Of a DNA stretch of 7,757 bases, positions 6,393 through 7,757 are shown piece by piece; position 1 is the first letter of the stretch, and each line of letters starts with the position of its first letter. Below the pieces are notes generated by a model. It saw only the letters and a list, made by a program, of their open reading frames with translations, was not told the DNA's origin and made no database searches. Source of the stretch: a virus (taxonomy: Duplodnaviria; Heunggongvirae; Uroviricota; Caudoviricetes); the IMG/VR virus record IMGVR_UViG_2537562190_000025. The stretch is one strand, 5' to 3'. Position numbers and translations under genes: made by a program.

Positions 6393-6714
6393 GAAACCAG
6401 AACATGCACACACAAAAAAACCGCTTGCCATGCCGCAATCAGTCAGGTTACATTTCCGCTGCACCTCATAAAACGGGTGCCGGGATTCTCAACCCGATAC
6501 AGAGCAAAGCGCATAACCGCGCCAGCGGTTTTTTTGTGCGTACTGTATTGCCACGTCTTTTTCGCGTCAGAATTATGGCGGGGCGTACGGGGCCGACTTC
6601 GGTCGGGCCGGATTCTTTGCTCTCCGGTGTTGAGAACCCTGTACGTCTCGCCACCCCGAGATTCTCAACTCTGGATGGTGAGCTATTTCTATCACCGAGC
6701 AAAGAGGCCACACC
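6393..6714 (+). other. Structured GC-rich non-coding island inside the rightward operon (candidate ncRNA / regulatory leader)
   Basis: No convincing coding frame. Contains the terminator-like hairpin (6515-6535), a stable UUCG-type tetraloop hairpin GGCCGAC-TTCG-GTCGGGCC (6591-6609), and three copies of GATTCTCAAC / GTTGAGAA (6485-6494 direct, 6629-6636 inverted, 6661-6670 direct). Confidence 0.35.
6515..6535 (+). terminator. Candidate intrinsic terminator (short GC stem plus T7 run)
   Basis: AACCGC-GCCA-GCGGTT followed by TTTTT (T-run 6529-6535). Stem is only ~6 bp, so weak to moderate. Confidence 0.4.
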
Positions 6715-6927
6715 ATGGCAAACCGCAAACAACAGCGCGCATACGCTGCGCGTCGTCACATCCAGACTGAAATCAACCGTAGACTTTTCCGCGCATCACG
6801 CGTCGCGCAAATCATGCACATCAATATGCTGCATGAGCGCAGCCACGCGCTATCGAACATCTATTCCGCCTCTGTTTTCAGCTATCTGGCGGATGATCTG
6901 CGCGAGCTGCAACAACTCTTCCAGTAG
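6715..6927 (+). CDS. Hypothetical small basic protein
   Basis: 70 aa. SD AAGAGG 8 nt upstream. Balanced helical-looking composition, unlike the overlapping 205-aa ORF in another frame. Confidence 0.55.
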   Translation: MANRKQQRAYAARRHIQTEINRRLFRASRVAQIMHINMLHERSHALSNIYSASVFSYLADDLRELQQLFQ

Positions 6928-7017
6928 CAAAACAAACTCCATTAATTCCTGTTCCGGGCCTTTCCTGCACCTTGCGGCGGGAGGCCTTCGCACATCTGTA
7001 GTAAAGAGAATTGCAGC

Positions 7018-7407
7018 ATGATTGACGCTCATGACTTCACAAGATGGGTGCGCACACAGGACACCCGTCTGGCTCCCGTTCTTCAGGGATTATTTGATCT
7101 CTACATCCGTGGTCGTGACAACAGAGCACGCACCACAAAACCAGAGAATGCAGACACCCTTTATTTCACAGTAGACGACTGCTACCGCGTGGACTTCACA
7201 CCACACGGGCTGGCGTTGCACTGCCTGACACCACACGGAGAATCACTGCTGGCGTATTACGACTCCCCGGCCTCCGTATTTGCGGCAATGCTGGCGCATC
7301 GCACTGCTGGCGGGTGTGCCTCGCTGAGTGAATACACCGCTGAATTTAACCGCCTTTCTGCCCTCTTCTCGCAGGAGTGGCAGCGCGTGACAGGATACCA
7401 GCCATGA
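7018..7407 (+). CDS. Hypothetical protein
   Basis: 129 aa. AAGAGA SD-like sequence upstream. Stop overlaps the next start (ATGA at 7404-7407). Confidence 0.55.
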   Translation: MIDAHDFTRWVRTQDTRLAPVLQGLFDLYIRGRDNRARTTKPENADTLYFTVDDCYRVDFTPHGLALHCLTPHGESLLAYYDSPASVFAAMLAHRTAGGCASLSEYTAEFNRLSALFSQEWQRVTGYQP

Positions 7408-7757
7408 GTGAGTTTGCATGGAGCTGGAATGAACCACGGCCAGCCATTGATCCGGCCAGATTTACGGAGCACAGGCAGGAAACTGAAACCGACCTGCAAC
7501 GCGCCATCCGTTACTACCTTGAGGCGGACAAAAAGGCCCGGGAAGAACAGGAAGCGAAGGAGGAAGCCTTTTTCGCACAATCCGCCATGGGTAAAAAACT
7601 CATGGCATCCCTTGAGGAAGCCGGACAGCGTGAAAAGCTGGCACAGAGCATCATCAGTAAGCGCCGGGCAACAGAACAAGACCCGGTGGCCCGTGCCTTT
7701 GCCACACTGAAGGCGCTTCCCGTTTATCTGCGAGAACCTCTGAGCCGCCACCTCTCT
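7404..7757 (+). CDS. Hypothetical protein, 3-prime partial (runs off the window); not in the supplied ORF track
   Basis: Hand translation from ATG 7404 gives MSEFAWSWNEPRPAIDPARFTEHRQETETDLQRAIRYYLEADKKAREEQEAKEEAFFAQSAMGKKLMASLEEAGQREKLAQSIISK... with no stop to the window end. Start is translationally coupled to the upstream gene. Confidence 0.5.
   Translation, partial: MSEFAWSWNEPRPAIDPARFTEHRQETETDLQRAIRYYLEADKKAREEQEAKEEAFFAQSAMGKKLMASLEEAGQREKLAQSIISKRRATEQDPVARAFATLKALPVYLREPLSRHLS

Noticed and set aside
6103-6464. Minus-strand ORFs 6103-6438 and 6165-6464
   Set aside because: Antisense to the plus-strand gene 6093-6392, which has an RBS and a coupled start; Cys/Arg-rich translations.
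6393-6714. Retron (msr/msd) or CRISPR array
   Set aside because: There are inverted repeats and hairpins, but no reverse transcriptase ORF follows, and the repeats are three short imperfect copies rather than regularly spaced identical repeats with spacers.
6466-6770. 97-aa ORFs on both strands (6466-6759 minus, 6477-6770 plus)
   Set aside because: Same GC-rich structured interval; Arg/Pro-rich translations without start signals. Consistent with stop-codon-poor non-coding sequence.
6404-7021. 205-aa plus-strand ORF spanning the non-coding island
   Set aside because: Low-complexity Ser/Arg/Cys/Thr-rich translation, no RBS, and it overlaps the better-supported gene 6715-6927 in another frame. 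Judged an open frame in GC-rich DNA, not a gene.
6850-7032. 60-aa minus-strand ORF
   Set aside because: Antisense to gene 6715-6927 and the following intergenic region; no RBS.
7257-7751. 164-aa minus-strand ORF and overlapping ORFs 7243-7437 (minus), 7408-7710 (plus), 7514-7705 (minus)
   Set aside because: They are antisense or out of frame to the well-supported plus-strand genes 7018-7407 and 7404 onward. Cys/Arg-rich translations typical of shadow frames in GC-rich coding DNA.

Overview
This window looks like the left junction and early/regulatory region of an integrated P2-family temperate element (prophage or satellite-like island), with an insertion sequence beside it. All calls are from reading the sequence and from recalled family knowledge; no searches were run. 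Left to right: (i) the 3-prime part of an IS3-family (IS629-like) insertion sequence, ending near 930; (ii) a truncated tRNA-Leu 3-prime fragment on the minus strand (960-1014), read as the attachment-site core; (iii) a minus-strand operon of XRE-type repressor (3171-3575), a 216-aa tail-anchored membrane protein, a 115-aa secreted protein and a P2-like tyrosine integrase (1121-2122); (iv) a divergent operator region (3576-3650); (v) a rightward operon of about a dozen small, tightly packed genes, starting with a ribbon-helix-helix-like protein and a Cox-like protein. That operon is interrupted by a ~320-bp structured non-coding island (6393-6714). The most interesting candidates are the two-gene cargo module between repressor and integrase, with a peptide motif shared across the repressor/cargo junction, and the structured non-coding island.
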